Of a DNA stretch of 64,000 bases, positions 42,876 to 54,740 are shown piece by piece (within the stretch, counting starts at the first letter, position 1; every line of letters starts with the position of its first letter). The notes beneath the pieces were generated by a model that ran no database searches, was not told where the DNA came from, and saw nothing but the letters and a program-made list of their open reading frames with translations. Both the position numbers and the translations under genes were made by a program. Source of the stretch: an uncultured Nitrososphaerota archaeon. GTDB taxonomy: Archaea > Thermoproteota > Nitrososphaeria > Nitrososphaerales > Nitrosopumilaceae. The stretch lies in assembly GCA_963824385.1 (NCBI GenBank), contig CAWGPD010000004.1:448001-512000 (forward strand). The letters run 5' to 3'.

Positions 42876-45800
42876 TTAGTGGAGCTGCGACTGGCAATTT
42901 ACAACTGTGTCCTTTGAGGGACTGCCAAGATAGCAAGCATTCTGTCCACTTCCGCCTTGAATTATGTTACTTCCCGTACCGACAAAGACCTGCATGTTTC
43001 CAGATCCTCCTTTTATGACATTATCACCATTGCCTGCATAAATTGTGTTGGTTCCATTTCCAGCATATATGATATTGTTGCCATTACCGGCAATTACACA
43101 ATCTCCAGAAGGACCTTCATGAATTACATCATTACCATCTAGTCCAATTATCAAGTTAGGCACCATTGAACCTGTCAATGAATCGCTGCCATTTGTTCCC
43201 ATTACCAAGTTATAGTCAGAGGATGGTTTTCCACATGCAAGTACTGTAACAGTTTGATCTTGTGTATTTTCATTGCCAAACTTGTCAGTTGCAATCCACT
43301 GGATAACTGTTTTACCGAGTGGAAATAGTCCAGTAGAATTATTAGTTATCTTCGGAGACGTGTCTATAATTCCTGTACCATTGGCATCTCCTATAACTAG
43401 AGGTGTTTCAAATGCAGTTGCATCAGTCACTATGTTCTGAGGAATTGTTAATTGGGGCGGTAATTTGTCGACAACTTGAACTATCTGTGTTGCATTTGCC
43501 GTATTTCCTGCCTCATCTTTTGCTGTCCATACTACAGTAGTATTTCCAAATTGGAATAGTGTTGGAGTATTGTTTGTAATTGTAACTACCTGTACATTAT
43601 CACTACTGTAGCATTTCCAATATTTACACTAGTTCCAGCTGAACTTGTAGCGTTTACTATAACATTATGTGGTGCAGTTATCTTTGGAGCAGTTGTATCA
43701 ACTACATTAATTACTTGAGTAGCATTAGATATGTTTCCAGATAGATCAGTAGCAGTCCATAGTATGGAAGTCTTTCCTAATGGGAATGTCTTTGATGCGT
43801 TGTTGGCAATTGTAACTGGTTGAATATCAGTTGCAGTTGCATTGCCTATTGGTACTGTGTTGTCATTTAATGAAGTAGACTTCAAATGTTATGTTAGATG
43901 GTATGGCTAGTTTTGGAGGAATTGTGTTTAGTACATTAACTACCTGAGTTGTGTTTTCTTTGTTACCTGACTCATCAGTTGCTGTCCACAAGACAGTAGT
44001 TTTACCTAAGGGGAATGCCAATGGAGCATTGTTTGTAATTGCAACTGGTTCTATATCAGATACAAATGGTTTTACTAGTGAAATTGTATTATTATTAAGT
44101 GAAGTAGCTTCAAATGTGATGTTAGATGGTATGGCGAGTTTTGGAGGAATGGTATGAACTACATCTACAATTTGGGTGGCATTTGCCTTGTTACCTGATG
44201 CATCAGTTGCTACCCAGAGTACACTAGTCTTTCCTAACTGGAATTCTGTTGGAGCGTTATTTGTAATTGTAACTGGTTGGAGATCAGTTGCATTGGCACT
44301 ACCTATTGATACTGTATTATTGTTAAGTGAAGTGGCTTCAAATGTGATGTTAGATGGTATGGTTAGTTTTGGAGGAATTGTGTTTTCGACATCGACTATT
44401 TGGGTTGCATTTGCTTTGTTGCCTGCTTCATCAGTTGCTATCCATAGTACCGCAGTCTTTCCTAATGGGAATGTCTTTGATGCGTTGTTGGTAAGTGATA
44501 CTATCTTGACATTGTCAGAAGATGTTGCGTTACCTAATGATGCGATATTATTACCAAGAGAGGATGCTTGTACTGTAACATCTGTAGGAGCAATAATTTT
44601 TGGAGCAGTTGTATCAACTACATTAATTACTTGAGTAGCATTAGATATGTTTCCAGATACATCAGTAGCAGTCCATAGTATGGAAGTCTTTCCTAATGGG
44701 AATGTCTTTGATGCGTTGTTGGCAATTGTAACTGGTTGAATATCAGTTGCAGTTGCATTGCCTATTGGTACTGTGTTGTCATTTAATGAAGTAGCTTCAA
44801 ATGTTATGTTAGATGGTATGGCTAGTTTTGGAGGAATTGTGTTTTTTACCAGTACAGTTTGAGTGGCATTAGATGTATTTCCAGATGCATCCTTGGCAGT
44901 CCATGTGATAGTGGTCAATCCAATTGGAAATTGTTTTGGAGCATCATTTGTAACTGTCACTGGTTCAATGTCAACAACAGTTGGAGTTCCTAATGGAATA
45001 GTATTATTGTTAAGCGAAGTAACTTCAAATACAATACCTGTTGGAACTAGTAATCTTGGTGAAAGGGTATGAACTACATCTACAGTCTGAGTAGCATTAG
45101 ATATGTTTCCAGATAGATCAGTAGCAGTCCATAGTATGGAAGTCTTTCCTAATGGGAATGTCTTTGATGCGTTGTTGGCAATTGTAACTGGTTGAATATC
45201 AGTTGCAGTTGCATTGCCTATTGGTACTGTGTTGTCATTTAATGAAGTACTTCAAATGTTATGTTAGATGGTATGGCTAGTTTTGGAGGAATGGTATGAA
45301 CTACATCTACAATTTGGGTGGCATTTGCCTTGTTGCCTGATGCATCAGTTGCTACCCAGAGTACACTAGTCTTTCCTAACTGGAATTCTGTTGGAGCGTT
45401 ATTTGTAATTGTAACTGGTTGGAGATCAGTTGCATTGGCACTACCTATTGATACTGTATTATTGTTAAGTGAAGTGGCTTCAAATGTTATGTTAGATGGT
45501 ATGGTTAGTTTTGGAGGAATTGTGTTTTCGACATCGACTATTTGGGTTGCATTTGCTTTGTTGCCTGCTTCATCAGTTGCTATCCATAGTACCGCAGTCT
45601 TTCCTAATGGGAATGTCTTTGATGCGTTGTTGGCAATTGTAACTGGTTGAATATCAGTTGCAGTTGCATTGCCTATTGGTACTGTGTTGTCATTTAATGA
45701 AGTAGCTTCAAATGTTATGTTAGATGGTATGGCTAGTTTTGGAGGAATGGTATGAACTACATCTACAATTTGGGTTGCATTTGCCTTGTTGCCTGATGTA

Positions 45801-48171
45801 TCAGTTGCTACCCAGAGTACACTAGTCTTTCCTAACTGGAATTCTGTTGGAGCGTTATTTGTAATTGTAACTGGTTGGAGATCAACTACGTTTGGATTGT
45901 TCAATTGTACAGTATTGTTATTTAGTGATGTTGCTTCTACTGTTATGCTTACAGGTTGTGAAATATGTGGTGGAGTAGTATCAACTACATCAATTACTTG
46001 AGTAGCATTAGATATGTTTCCAGATAGATCAGTAGCAGTCCATAGTATGGAAGTCTTTCCTAATGGGAATGTCTTTGATGCGTTGTTGGCAATTGTAACT
46101 GGTTGAATATCAGTTGCAGTTGCATTGCCTATTGGTACTGTGTTGTCATTTAATGAAGTAGACTTCAAATGTTATGTTAGATGGTATGGCTAGTTTTGGA
46201 GGAATGGTATGAACTACATCTACAATTTGGGTGGCATTTGCCTTGTTACCTGCTTTGTCCAGTGCTGTCCATATTATAGTAGTCTTTCCTAGTCCAAAAA
46301 ATTGCGGAGCATTATTTGTAACTGATTGTATAATTCCATTATCAGTAACGGTTGCATTTCCTAGTGGTACAATGTTTTGATTAAGTGATGTAGCCTCAAA
46401 TGTAACTGTAGACGGTGGAGAAATTTTTGGTGGAGTTGTATCTATAATATTTACAACTTGTGTGGCAGTTGCGGAATTTCCAGATTGATCAGTAGCAGTC
46501 CAAGTTATCAGAGTCTGGCCTAGTGGAAATACCGATGGAGCATTATTTGCAACTGATTCAATTGTTCCAATGGCAGTAACAGTAGCATTGCCAAGATTTA
46601 CGATATTATTAGTTGGGCTAGTTGCTTCTTGTGTTATATCAGGGGGAGCATGAATTACAGGAGGAACCGTATCTTGTACTGTCACAACTTGTGTTGCAGT
46701 TGCGGAATTTCCAGATGTGTCTATTGCCTTCCAGGTTACTGTGGTCTTGCCAATTGGAAAGTATGGAGGAGCGTCATTTGTAACAGATTCTACGCCAACT
46801 GCATCATAAGTAGATGGCACCCCAAGATTCACCGAATTATTGTCAGGAGTAGTTGCTTCAACGGTTACAGGCGGAGGCGCTGTCAATACTGGCGGAGTGG
46901 TATCTTGAACTGTGATTGTCTGTACTGCTTTTGCCATATTACCGGCGTTGTCAATTGCAGTCCATGTTACCATTGTAATGCCTAGAGGGAATTTTGATGG
47001 AGCATTACTAGTAAGGGAAGATATACCAACAGTATCAGTGGCAGTAGACTTGACCAATTGATACTGGTGTTAAAACTCCAGTTGCTTCAATTGTCATATC
47101 TGAAGGAGCTGTAATAGATGGAGGAGTATGATCATTAGGATACAAATTTTTAGTTGCATTACTCTGAGTAGAATTTTGTGTGACTGTTACTTGTGGTGTT
47201 GGATTAATTGTTTGTGTAGGTGTTGGAGCTGGAGGTAAGGGTTGGACAAATTTTTCAATTCTGCTATTGGTAGAGTCTACAACAAAAATATTTCCATTAG
47301 AGTCTACCGCAGTACCTAGAGGATTATTAAATAATCCAGGATCTGTGCCTTGACTTCCCCAAGTTGTAACCGGATCTCCATTATCATCTAACTCAAAAAT
47401 TCTATTATTTCCACTGTCTGCCACATAGATATTTCCTGACTTGTCTACAGATATACCAGTGGGTTGTTGTAGAGCAGCCCCAGTTGAAGCACTAAAAGTG
47501 CTTAAAGATACACCAGTATTAGAAAATTTTTCTATTTTATTTCCTCCTGAATCAGTTACATAGACATTTCCTTGTGAATCTGCAGCAATTCCACTTGCAG
47601 AAAGAAATTGACCGTCATCAAGTCCACTTTGCCCAATATTTTGTAAAAAGTTTCCATTACTATCAAATTTTTCAACTCTGTTATTTCCTGTATCTACAAC
47701 ATACACATCACCAGTTGGATCTACTGCTATTCCTTTTGGAAGTAGAAGTGTACCATTGTTAGTTCCTTTTGTTCCCCATTGTGTTATGTATTTACCAGTA
47801 AGATCAAATTTTTGTACATTAGAATTTGCATTATCAACAACATAGATTGAATCATTGCCAATTGCAATTCCTGCAGGAGAAGTGAATTGGTCTGGACCAC
47901 TACCTTTTGATCCAAAACTAGAAAGAAAGTTTCCATTGGTATCAAATTTTTCTACCCTATCATTTCCAAGATCAGTTACATAGACATTACCTGAAGGGTC
48001 AATTGCTACATCTTGTGGAAATGCAAATTGGGTATGGTTCTGAAATCCGTATGAACCCCATTGGGTCGAAAAAGTAGGAGAGCTAGTTGCCCATGAATAA
48101 CCAACAAACATACTTGATAGTACAATTACCAAAATCCCAATTAATACTGGGTAAGTCTTCAACACATACAA
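42876..48171 (-). CDS. Giant secreted protein (~1764 aa): NHL beta-propeller, ~17 HYR-like repeats, C-terminal RTX-like Gly-rich repeats; five apparent 1-nt indels
   Basis: P.G.A.D..G..YV.D..N.R..KF repeats; DTTPP…T.EAT…FPLG.T…W.A.D..GN repeats; AGNG.N.I.G repeats; net indel +1 gives 5295 nt, a whole number of codons. Confidence 0.85.
43560..46260. repeat. Near-identical ~228-nt (76-aa) intragenic HYR repeat units
   Basis: gaagt(a/g)gcttcaaatgt anchor recurs at 43872, 44101, 44329, 44788, 45244, 45471, 45699, 46155. Confidence 0.9.
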
Positions 48172-48237
48172 GATTGTAAGACACTAAAAAGATCTCCTTA
48201 GTTAGCAATTGTTACAATTTTGGTCAATTCTGGTAAA

Positions 48238-49018
48238 TTAGAATGGCTTGTTGACTTCTCTTGTGAAGACATAGCTTGCAATGGCTACCATTACTACCAC
48301 AAATCCGCATATTACGGATATTTCTATAGCCGCTGATAATATTTGAGCAGTGCCAGTCATCATCTGCCTAATCAATAACACAGAATAGGTTACAGGATTG
48401 AGTCTTGCAACAAATGCAAGCCAAGACGGTAAGAGTTCCAAAGGAAAGAGAGCAGGACTGAGCATAAACAGAGGCATTCCCAGAAAGTTGATGAGGCCCC
48501 AAAAGGTTTCTTGTGATTTAGATGTGGCAGCTACAACAACAGATATTCCAGAGAAGCCAAGTGAAAATATGATTACAGTCAACAATATTGGAAACACCAT
48601 AAGCAAGTTTGACATATGAACTCCTAACGCAAGTGCAATTCCTAAAATCAAACTTGACTGTAGCGCAGATATCAAGGATATTGCAAGCATTTTACCTAAT
48701 GCAATAGACGACCTAGAGATTGGAGAAACAAGAGACTTTGTTCATGAAACCGTATCTTCGATCCCACAAAGTGTTTACTCCACCGAAAATACTTGTGAAT
48801 ATAGCAGTGAGCATTATCACACCTGGTGCCATAAATTCTATGTAAGAACCGTGAAAACCTACAGACTGAATCAAGGGTCTAGTACTTGCAAATGTGTTAC
48901 CCATAACTATAATCCATATGGCAGGTTGAATTAGTCGTATCAGTATTCCGCTTCGTGATTTCTTGTATCTTTTCATCTCCCTCCAGAAAATAGTATAAGT
49001 ATCCGATATCATCGTCAT
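48238..49018 (-). CDS. ABC-2 type permease (~259 aa), extra base at ~48735
   Basis: I..P..W, Y..F..PG, DR..GF, P.F..S…FP…LP.WL…A..NP.TY. Confidence 0.88.
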
Positions 49019-50019
49019 GATACTCGGAGCCTCCTTAATCTTTCACGCATTTTTTTTCTGTCATACTTGCCTTCATCTTCTCTTAGCTCTCTACCAGTGT
49101 GTGATAAAAATACGTCATCAAGAGTTGGTTTGTTAAGAGAAATAGTTTCTATCTTAACTTTAAGATTATTCGCATGTTGAAAAATTTGAGGAGTAAGCTG
49201 ATCTCCACTAGTTGTAAAGACGGTTACTACAAGTCCATTTGTTGACACATCTTTTACTGTAGGAGTTTTTCGTATTTCTGAAACTAATTCCTCCAGTTTT
49301 GTTTCCGAATCAATTTCAAAAATAACTATTTCATTACCTAAAGAACTTTTCAATTCTTTTGGGGAACCTGTTACTTTGATTTTCCCATTATCAATTATAG
49401 AGATATTATTACACAGTTTATCAGCCTCTTCCATATAGTGAGTAGTAAGAAAAATGGACATTCCAAATTCGTCATGAATTTTTTTTATATATTCCCAGAT
49501 TTTGTACCTAGTCTGAATATCAAGCCCAAGAGTTGGCTCATCTAGGAATAAAACTTTAGGCATGTTCAGCAACCCTCCTCCTATGTCAAGTCTTTTTCTC
49601 ATGCCTCCGGAATATGTCACGGCTGCCTCATTTTGCCTATCTGCCAATTCAATTATCTCAAGTATTTCATCTATCCTCTTTGTTCTGATATCTTTTGGGA
49701 TGTGATCAAGTCTTGCTTGCAACTCGAGATTTTCTCTACCTGTAAGATATTCATCAACTGTAGAATCCTGTTGTACATATCCAATGTTTTGTCGAACATT
49801 CTTTGCTTGAGTCATAACATCAAATCCAGCAACAAATGCTTTGCCTGAGGTTGGTTTTAGCAAGGTAGTCAGAATCATAATAGTTGTACTTTTACCTGCC
49901 CCATTAGGTCCCAAGAAACCAAAGATCTCTCCATTTTCTAGCTTGATTGAAATTTCATCAACCGCCTTAAGTCCACTAGAATAAACTTTAGAAAGTTTGT
50001 CAGTCTCTACAGCGTACAA
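49015..50019 (-). CDS. DrrA-like ABC exporter ATP-binding protein
   Basis: GFLGPNGAGKST, YSGGMRKRL, LFLDEPT.GLD, TTHYMEEA. Confidence 0.93.
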   Translation of the reverse strand: MYAVETDKLSKVYSSGLKAVDEISIKLENGEIFGFLGPNGAGKSTTIMILTTLLKPTSGKAFVAGFDVMTQAKNVRQNIGYVQQDSTVDEYLTGRENLELQARLDHIPKDIRTKRIDEILEIIELADRQNEAAVTYSGGMRKRLDIGGGLLNMPKVLFLDEPTLGLDIQTRYKIWEYIKKIHDEFGMSIFLTTHYMEEADKLCNNISIIDNGKIKVTGSPKELKSSLGNEIVIFEIDSETKLEELVSEIRKTPTVKDVSTNGLVVTVFTTSGDQLTPQIFQHANNLKVKIETISLNKPTLDDVFLSHTGRELREDEGKYDRKKMRERLRRLRVS

Positions 50020-50089
50020 CGTAGAACAGAAAATTAATCTATTATAAATTGCTATTAGGAAAAATAAAGATTTCTACGTCTAAACAAAT

Positions 50090-50545
50090 ATGAGTAAATT
50101 TTTAATAATCCTAACTCGCATAATTTTTCTTGTGCTAAGACTAGATATCTTTTTGATTGGAATTTTAGCAATTACAGCAGTTGGAAGTGCACATGCATCA
50201 TCTAGCGATATAACATTGAGTCCTCCCAGCACTGTAGATGCCAGCGGCAATCAGATATCAGATATTCATGTGGGAGAGATGGTTGTTTTTTCATCGGTAA
50301 TATCAAATCATTCAGACGGGGCTAAACGATTTACATACCTAGTATCAGTTCTTAATCAAAACAATCAACTCGAAGTGCGAGACGGTATTTCAGCAGATAT
50401 AGGTCCAAATCAGCAATTCACTGTAGCTCAATCATGGATGCCAGAAGACCCTGGAACATACAATGTGCAGACAGTTCTACTTAATGGATATCTCATATCA
50501 AGCCCATTAACAGATACAATCAACACTCAGGTTATTGTAAAATAA
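50090..50545 (+). CDS. Secreted single Ig-like-domain protein
   Basis: Signal/TM, then VD..G…G…N…FTYLV…W.P…G.Y; paralog of 56308..56817. Confidence 0.65.
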   Translation: MSKFLIILTRIIFLVLRLDIFLIGILAITAVGSAHASSSDITLSPPSTVDASGNQISDIHVGEMVVFSSVISNHSDGAKRFTYLVSVLNQNNQLEVRDGISADIGPNQQFTVAQSWMPEDPGTYNVQTVLLNGYLISSPLTDTINTQVIVK

Positions 50546-50561
50546 AAAAGATAAAAAAGAT

Positions 50562-51008
50562 TTATGGAGTTTTGTATTCGTCTTTTGTTTGTCTGAGAAT
50601 TACCTTTTCACCAACACCCCAGATTTCTGAAGTGCGAAAGATTCTCGAGCCAATAAGACCGTCTGATACCTCGATAGATTCTAACTCGTTGGTTTCAGTA
50701 TTCATGTGAAGTCTTTTGATTTTACCGATCTTACGCCCGTCAATGTCAACCACTTGAGAGTCAATTCGTATCGGAGCAGATGATAGAAGTACTGATTCCT
50801 CAGTGAATCTATCTATATAGTCACGTGATAGAAAGTGATCTTTGTGTAATCCCTTGTGTACGGTTATTCCCACAACTTCTAGGGTATCTGAATTGATATG
50901 GACGTGCTTTACTTTACCATATTCGATTCCTTCTCTATCAACGACCTTTTTTCCTTTAAATTCATCTGCAGAGATTTGCTTTCGGTCAAGTTCGATTCTT
51001 GTAGCCAT
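50562..51008 (-). CDS. Tandem PRC-barrel protein
   Basis: Two V.D..G…G.(V/I)..I.I…T..(V/L)..I.V repeats. Confidence 0.8.
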   Translation of the reverse strand: MATRIELDRKQISADEFKGKKVVDREGIEYGKVKHVHINSDTLEVVGITVHKGLHKDHFLSRDYIDRFTEESVLLSSAPIRIDSQVVDIDGRKIGKIKRLHMNTETNELESIEVSDGLIGSRIFRTSEIWGVGEKVILRQTKDEYKTP

Positions 51009-51012
51009 GTAC

Positions 51013-51029
51013 CCGACTTGTCAAGTCGG
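51013..51029. promoter_or_regulatory. Perfect 8-bp inverted repeat CCGACTTG-T-CAAGTCGG
   Basis: Immediately upstream of the PRC-barrel start, in a divergent intergenic region. Confidence 0.45.
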
Positions 51030-51096
51030 TTTATTGAAGGCGGTATCAGGGTTTTCAATCTAATCGGTTAAATTCTTTAAAACAAGACAAGATTTC

Positions 51097-51414
51097 ATGG
51101 AAATTCAAGAGGGAACCTTCAAGGCAACGCTAGTTACAACGGGGAGAAAGTCAGGCAAAGAGCACTCTGTTGAGATTAGGGCCGTATATTACAAGGGAAA
51201 ATTCTATTTTTCCAGAAGAAATCCAAATAGTGACTGGTTAAAAAATGCGCTTTACAATCCTAATGTCAAAATAGAATATCAAGGAAAATTTATTTTAGGA
51301 ACAGCGTCATTGGTCAATAATCAAGAATTATGTAAAAAGATATCACAGATGAAATATGCTGATAAACGATCTGAGGAAGTAAGAATAGTTTTACAAGTCA
51401 ACCCATGTGAATAA
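51097..51414 (+). CDS. Deazaflavin (F420)-dependent nitroreductase-like / DUF385 split-barrel protein
   Basis: L.T.GRKSG…, DW.KN…NP.V. Confidence 0.75.
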   Translation: MEIQEGTFKATLVTTGRKSGKEHSVEIRAVYYKGKFYFSRRNPNSDWLKNALYNPNVKIEYQGKFILGTASLVNNQELCKKISQMKYADKRSEEVRIVLQVNPCE

Positions 51415-52051
51415 TTGTAGTCATACCGCGTCGTTCATGTTCTTGACCATCTCTTGTTTCAGTTACAACAACCGTAAAAGAAACAACGTCTCTAGGATTA
51501 CATTTGTGAGCATCCATTTTCAAATGTAGATCTAAAAGTTCAAAGTCTTCATCAGAAATGTTTGATTCATCAATTATAACATGACTTGTAGAACTTATCA
51601 AAAATCTCTTATCCTTTTGATGCCATCCCAATTTTACTCTATACCCTTCTCTTCCAATTGCTTTTACAGTTATGTCTATTACTCCAGGTTTTGCAAGTGC
51701 ATAACCAGACATATTATTAACAAAAACTCCCACTTGAAATGGATATCCGGCAGTATTTTCTGCCATTTTTTGTATTCCATCATTCATGACAACATCAACT
51801 CCTTTTATCGTAGTAGCAATCTTTGCTATCCATTCATTTGTTCGTTCAACTATTGCATGTATTTGCGTGCGTCGTTTCTTGTCTTCGTCTTCAGGGAGTT
51901 TGTAATAATCAACCCATGCTAGATAATCCCCACATATGTCTTTGATAAATTGCATGCATGTTACCTTGTAATCTTCAACACTTGATGCTCTTTCAGAACC
52001 CTCATCATATGGTACATCGTCTTTATCCAATGGAAGCATGAGTTGTCTCAA
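51398..52051 (-). CDS. Hypothetical protein
   Basis: 217-aa ORF. Confidence 0.6.
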   Translation of the reverse strand: MRQLMLPLDKDDVPYDEGSERASSVEDYKVTCMQFIKDICGDYLAWVDYYKLPEDEDKKRRTQIHAIVERTNEWIAKIATTIKGVDVVMNDGIQKMAENTAGYPFQVGVFVNNMSGYALAKPGVIDITVKAIGREGYRVKLGWHQKDKRFLISSTSHVIIDESNISDEDFELLDLHLKMDAHKCNPRDVVSFTVVVTETRDGQEHERRGMTTIIHMG

Positions 52052-52067
52052 AATATCTTGTAATTAA

Positions 52068-52625
52068 GTGAAACCTAATGCATATATGAGAAAATTTTTT
52101 ATTATAATTATGAGTTTTTCTCAAATATCAACCAGACTTCAAAAAGAGTTAAAATCAAACAATCCACAGATTCGTTTTCTCTTAAAAAAAAGTCCTGGCC
52201 TTGCATTTACTACTATCAATGAGATTGCAATCAACATTGGAAAAACATACAATATCAAAGTCTCCCTTAATTTTCCTGAAAGGGGAAAGATTGAGGATTA
52301 TGATGCATATGGAACAGAAAATATCGGATTTGTATTTGAAAGAGATAGTAAAGCATTTCCTATCCCAAGAGAATCGATAAAATCAAAAGCATCTGAAATT
52401 CTAGGTAGTGTCAATATTCAAGATGCATACATGTATGAGGGAAAGGAAGGAGTCAGAGTGATAAATGATAATTATAGGCTAGACGTATTACCTGCTTCTT
52501 TACACTTGTGGGGCAAGATCAATGATGAAATTAGAAATTTTTGTGATTGGTTGCTTGAAAATTGTTATGGAGTTAAACCTGGTGTAGATGGCGCCTTTAA
52601 TGAAACTAATTCAAAAACATATTGA
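52068..52625 (+). CDS. Conserved hypothetical protein
   Basis: 185-aa ORF; true start may be downstream (MSFSQI). Confidence 0.6.
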   Translation: MKPNAYMRKFFIIIMSFSQISTRLQKELKSNNPQIRFLLKKSPGLAFTTINEIAINIGKTYNIKVSLNFPERGKIEDYDAYGTENIGFVFERDSKAFPIPRESIKSKASEILGSVNIQDAYMYEGKEGVRVINDNYRLDVLPASLHLWGKINDEIRNFCDWLLENCYGVKPGVDGAFNETNSKTY

Positions 52626-53281
52626 AGATTTCCATCAGGATCATAAATTATAGCTTTTACAGGTATTGGTAAATTATCAACTATCCATATTTTGTTTATG
52701 TGTGCTCCAATTCTGTATGACAAAAGATATGCATTTGCAGAACCAAATCCAAATGACATTTTTCCAGAATCAGTTACTTTGAGTGTTTCATGATTTGCAC
52801 CAATGTAGAGGTCACCCCATTCCGCATCTTTTGCCAGATATTTTTCATCGGTTGCATAATCTCTCATTGAAAATATGGTTTGATCAAGAACATCAAAGTA
52901 GGGTTTGACATTAGAAGAGACATCCACAAAATCATAAACTAGGCCTATTGGTACAGTCTGACTTATTTTTTCACCACCATTGCTTGGATTTATCGTAACT
53001 AACAATGATTGATTTCCTTCTTGGATTGGAAGAAATTTTAGATCAGCAGTGAAATTTGTGTTGCTAAAAGAAACCGGATTAGATGATGAATTTGTGTTGT
53101 TAAAAGAAACCTGATAAATCATTTCAGGAGTATATTCTGAACCTTTGCCCATGTGCCATTGACTTGCTTGTATAGGTACCAAGAAGATAGGTTTTACATT
53201 AGAAAGAAATGGCCATGCAAGTCCGGCAGCTGCCACTATTATAATTACAGCAAAAATAGCTACAATTCTTATGTTAGGCAT
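52565..53281 (-). CDS. Membrane-anchored hypothetical protein, homologous to the N-terminal domain of the next gene
   Basis: Shared W..GKG and N.IW….LP.PVKA..Y motifs. Confidence 0.65.
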   Translation of the reverse strand: MPNIRIVAIFAVIIIVAAAGLAWPFLSNVKPIFLVPIQASQWHMGKGSEYTPEMIYQVSFNNTNSSSNPVSFSNTNFTADLKFLPIQEGNQSLLVTINPSNGGEKISQTVPIGLVYDFVDVSSNVKPYFDVLDQTIFSMRDYATDEKYLAKDAEWGDLYIGANHETLKVTDSGKMSFGFGSANAYLLSYRIGAHINKIWIVDNLPIPVKAIIYDPDGNLQYVFELVSLKAPSTPGLTP

Positions 53282-53300
53282 GTTATCTCAATTAATTTTC

Positions 53301-54665
53301 TTATAGTCTAATACTAGATAGACTTGGATGCATTCTAACAAATAGAATTGTCAATCCAACTACAATTGCCATTATCATCAGAGAGCTCAATGGAAATTCT
53401 GGAATGGCGTTATTTACAGTGCCATTGGTCATGGTAGAATTATTCATAGAAGTGCCATTAGTCATAGTCATAGAAGTGCTATTGGTCATAGTAGAATTAG
53501 TCATAGAAGGTGTTGTTCCCATACTTGCAGGTGGCGAACCAAATGATGCTTGTGTATTTATATCAAATTGCACATTACCTGCAGTGCTGACATCTGGAGT
53601 AGAACCTTGAGCTCCTATTCCAAGGGCTGCTATTAAAACGTGTGACAGAGGAGTACTTCCGTTCAAGACAAATGTATTATCATCATCTCCAACTGGGGCA
53701 AATAGAGATGGTCTTCCCAGAGTTTGTGCAAGAGAAGATAGTTTCACTCCGTTATTATCCACTGTGAATATATCATATTGCACATTACTGACTTTTTGTG
53801 TTTGGTCATAGGCCTGCTCAAAAGATAATCTCATCTCTATCGGACAACCATTATGAGGATTAGATGGACTATACCTATATTCTACAACCATCGAGTTTGA
53901 ATCTGTTGTAGCAGTAGCGTGAACGGAATCTTGTAACATATTTGGTGCTTCACAACCTGAATTTACTCCAGCAGTTGTAGTAGAAGTCACTTGTAAGAAG
54001 CTAGGTTCTGTTTGACTATTTCCATTTTGTAACAAGTCCAAAGTATAATCGGGAGGAGGTGTTCCCGTGGTTACATCTACGTAAACAATAGCCTTTACAG
54101 GAAATGGAAGTGATGAATCGATCCAAATTTTATTATCAACATCTTTGTGCCAGCCAACTACCCATGTATCAAATGTTCCAGCTGGTTCTGTAATTGTGTC
54201 ATGGTTTAGAGGACCAACTGATTGTCCACCAACAGAACCTGTACGTCCCCATGCTGGAACATCAAAAGTTTTTGGTGAATCACTTGTTGCAAAAGCATCT
54301 AACCATGAGACTGTACTTCTGTAAACTGCAGTATAATCTGAAATATTAGGATCAAAAGTTTCTGGATCAGGAGTTATTTTCCCTATTGTCATGATTCCTT
54401 CTTGTACAATTGAGCCATCAACTGTTAGAAATACTAAATTCCAACCACTTCCATCGCTTGTCTGATTTTTCACCCAAAAACTCATCTGAAGTGGAGCGCA
54501 GTTATGCCAGTCTGTAAAGCAGACATTATAACTAAAATAATCACCTTGTTTGAGTCCCTTTCCAGGATACCATGAATCAGTAGATTTTGTAGCCTGTACA
54601 GACTGGAAAGCAACAGGCATGATTAATAAAAATGTAAAAATTGCAAATACTGCATACTTTTGCAT
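53301..54665 (-). CDS. PEFG-CTERM surface protein with Met/Thr/Asn-rich stalk
   Basis: Signal peptide; C-terminal AIPEFP + TM; MTNST-type repeats. Confidence 0.8.
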   Translation of the reverse strand: MQKYAVFAIFTFLLIMPVAFQSVQATKSTDSWYPGKGLKQGDYFSYNVCFTDWHNCAPLQMSFWVKNQTSDGSGWNLVFLTVDGSIVQEGIMTIGKITPDPETFDPNISDYTAVYRSTVSWLDAFATSDSPKTFDVPAWGRTGSVGGQSVGPLNHDTITEPAGTFDTWVVGWHKDVDNKIWIDSSLPFPVKAIVYVDVTTGTPPPDYTLDLLQNGNSQTEPSFLQVTSTTTAGVNSGCEAPNMLQDSVHATATTDSNSMVVEYRYSPSNPHNGCPIEMRLSFEQAYDQTQKVSNVQYDIFTVDNNGVKLSSLAQTLGRPSLFAPVGDDDNTFVLNGSTPLSHVLIAALGIGAQGSTPDVSTAGNVQFDINTQASFGSPPASMGTTPSMTNSTMTNSTSMTMTNGTSMNNSTMTNGTVNNAIPEFPLSSLMIMAIVVGLTILFVRMHPSLSSIRL

Positions 54666-54740
54666 ATATTTGCTATAGAAAAAATGTTCTAGTTAAATCT
54701 TTCAAATAAGCAAATATAGTGGAACCATATTATTCCGAAT

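Noticed and set aside
43560..47060. Phase variation in the giant repeat gene
   Set aside because: Indels are not in homopolymers or simple repeats and share the AGCT context seen across the window
17598..48737. Mass pseudogenisation or programmed frameshifting of hemA, hemC, sufD, ahbAB and others
   Set aside because: Each break is a single-base indel at AGCT/GATC with no other decay and no slippery sequence; better explained as motif-specific read error
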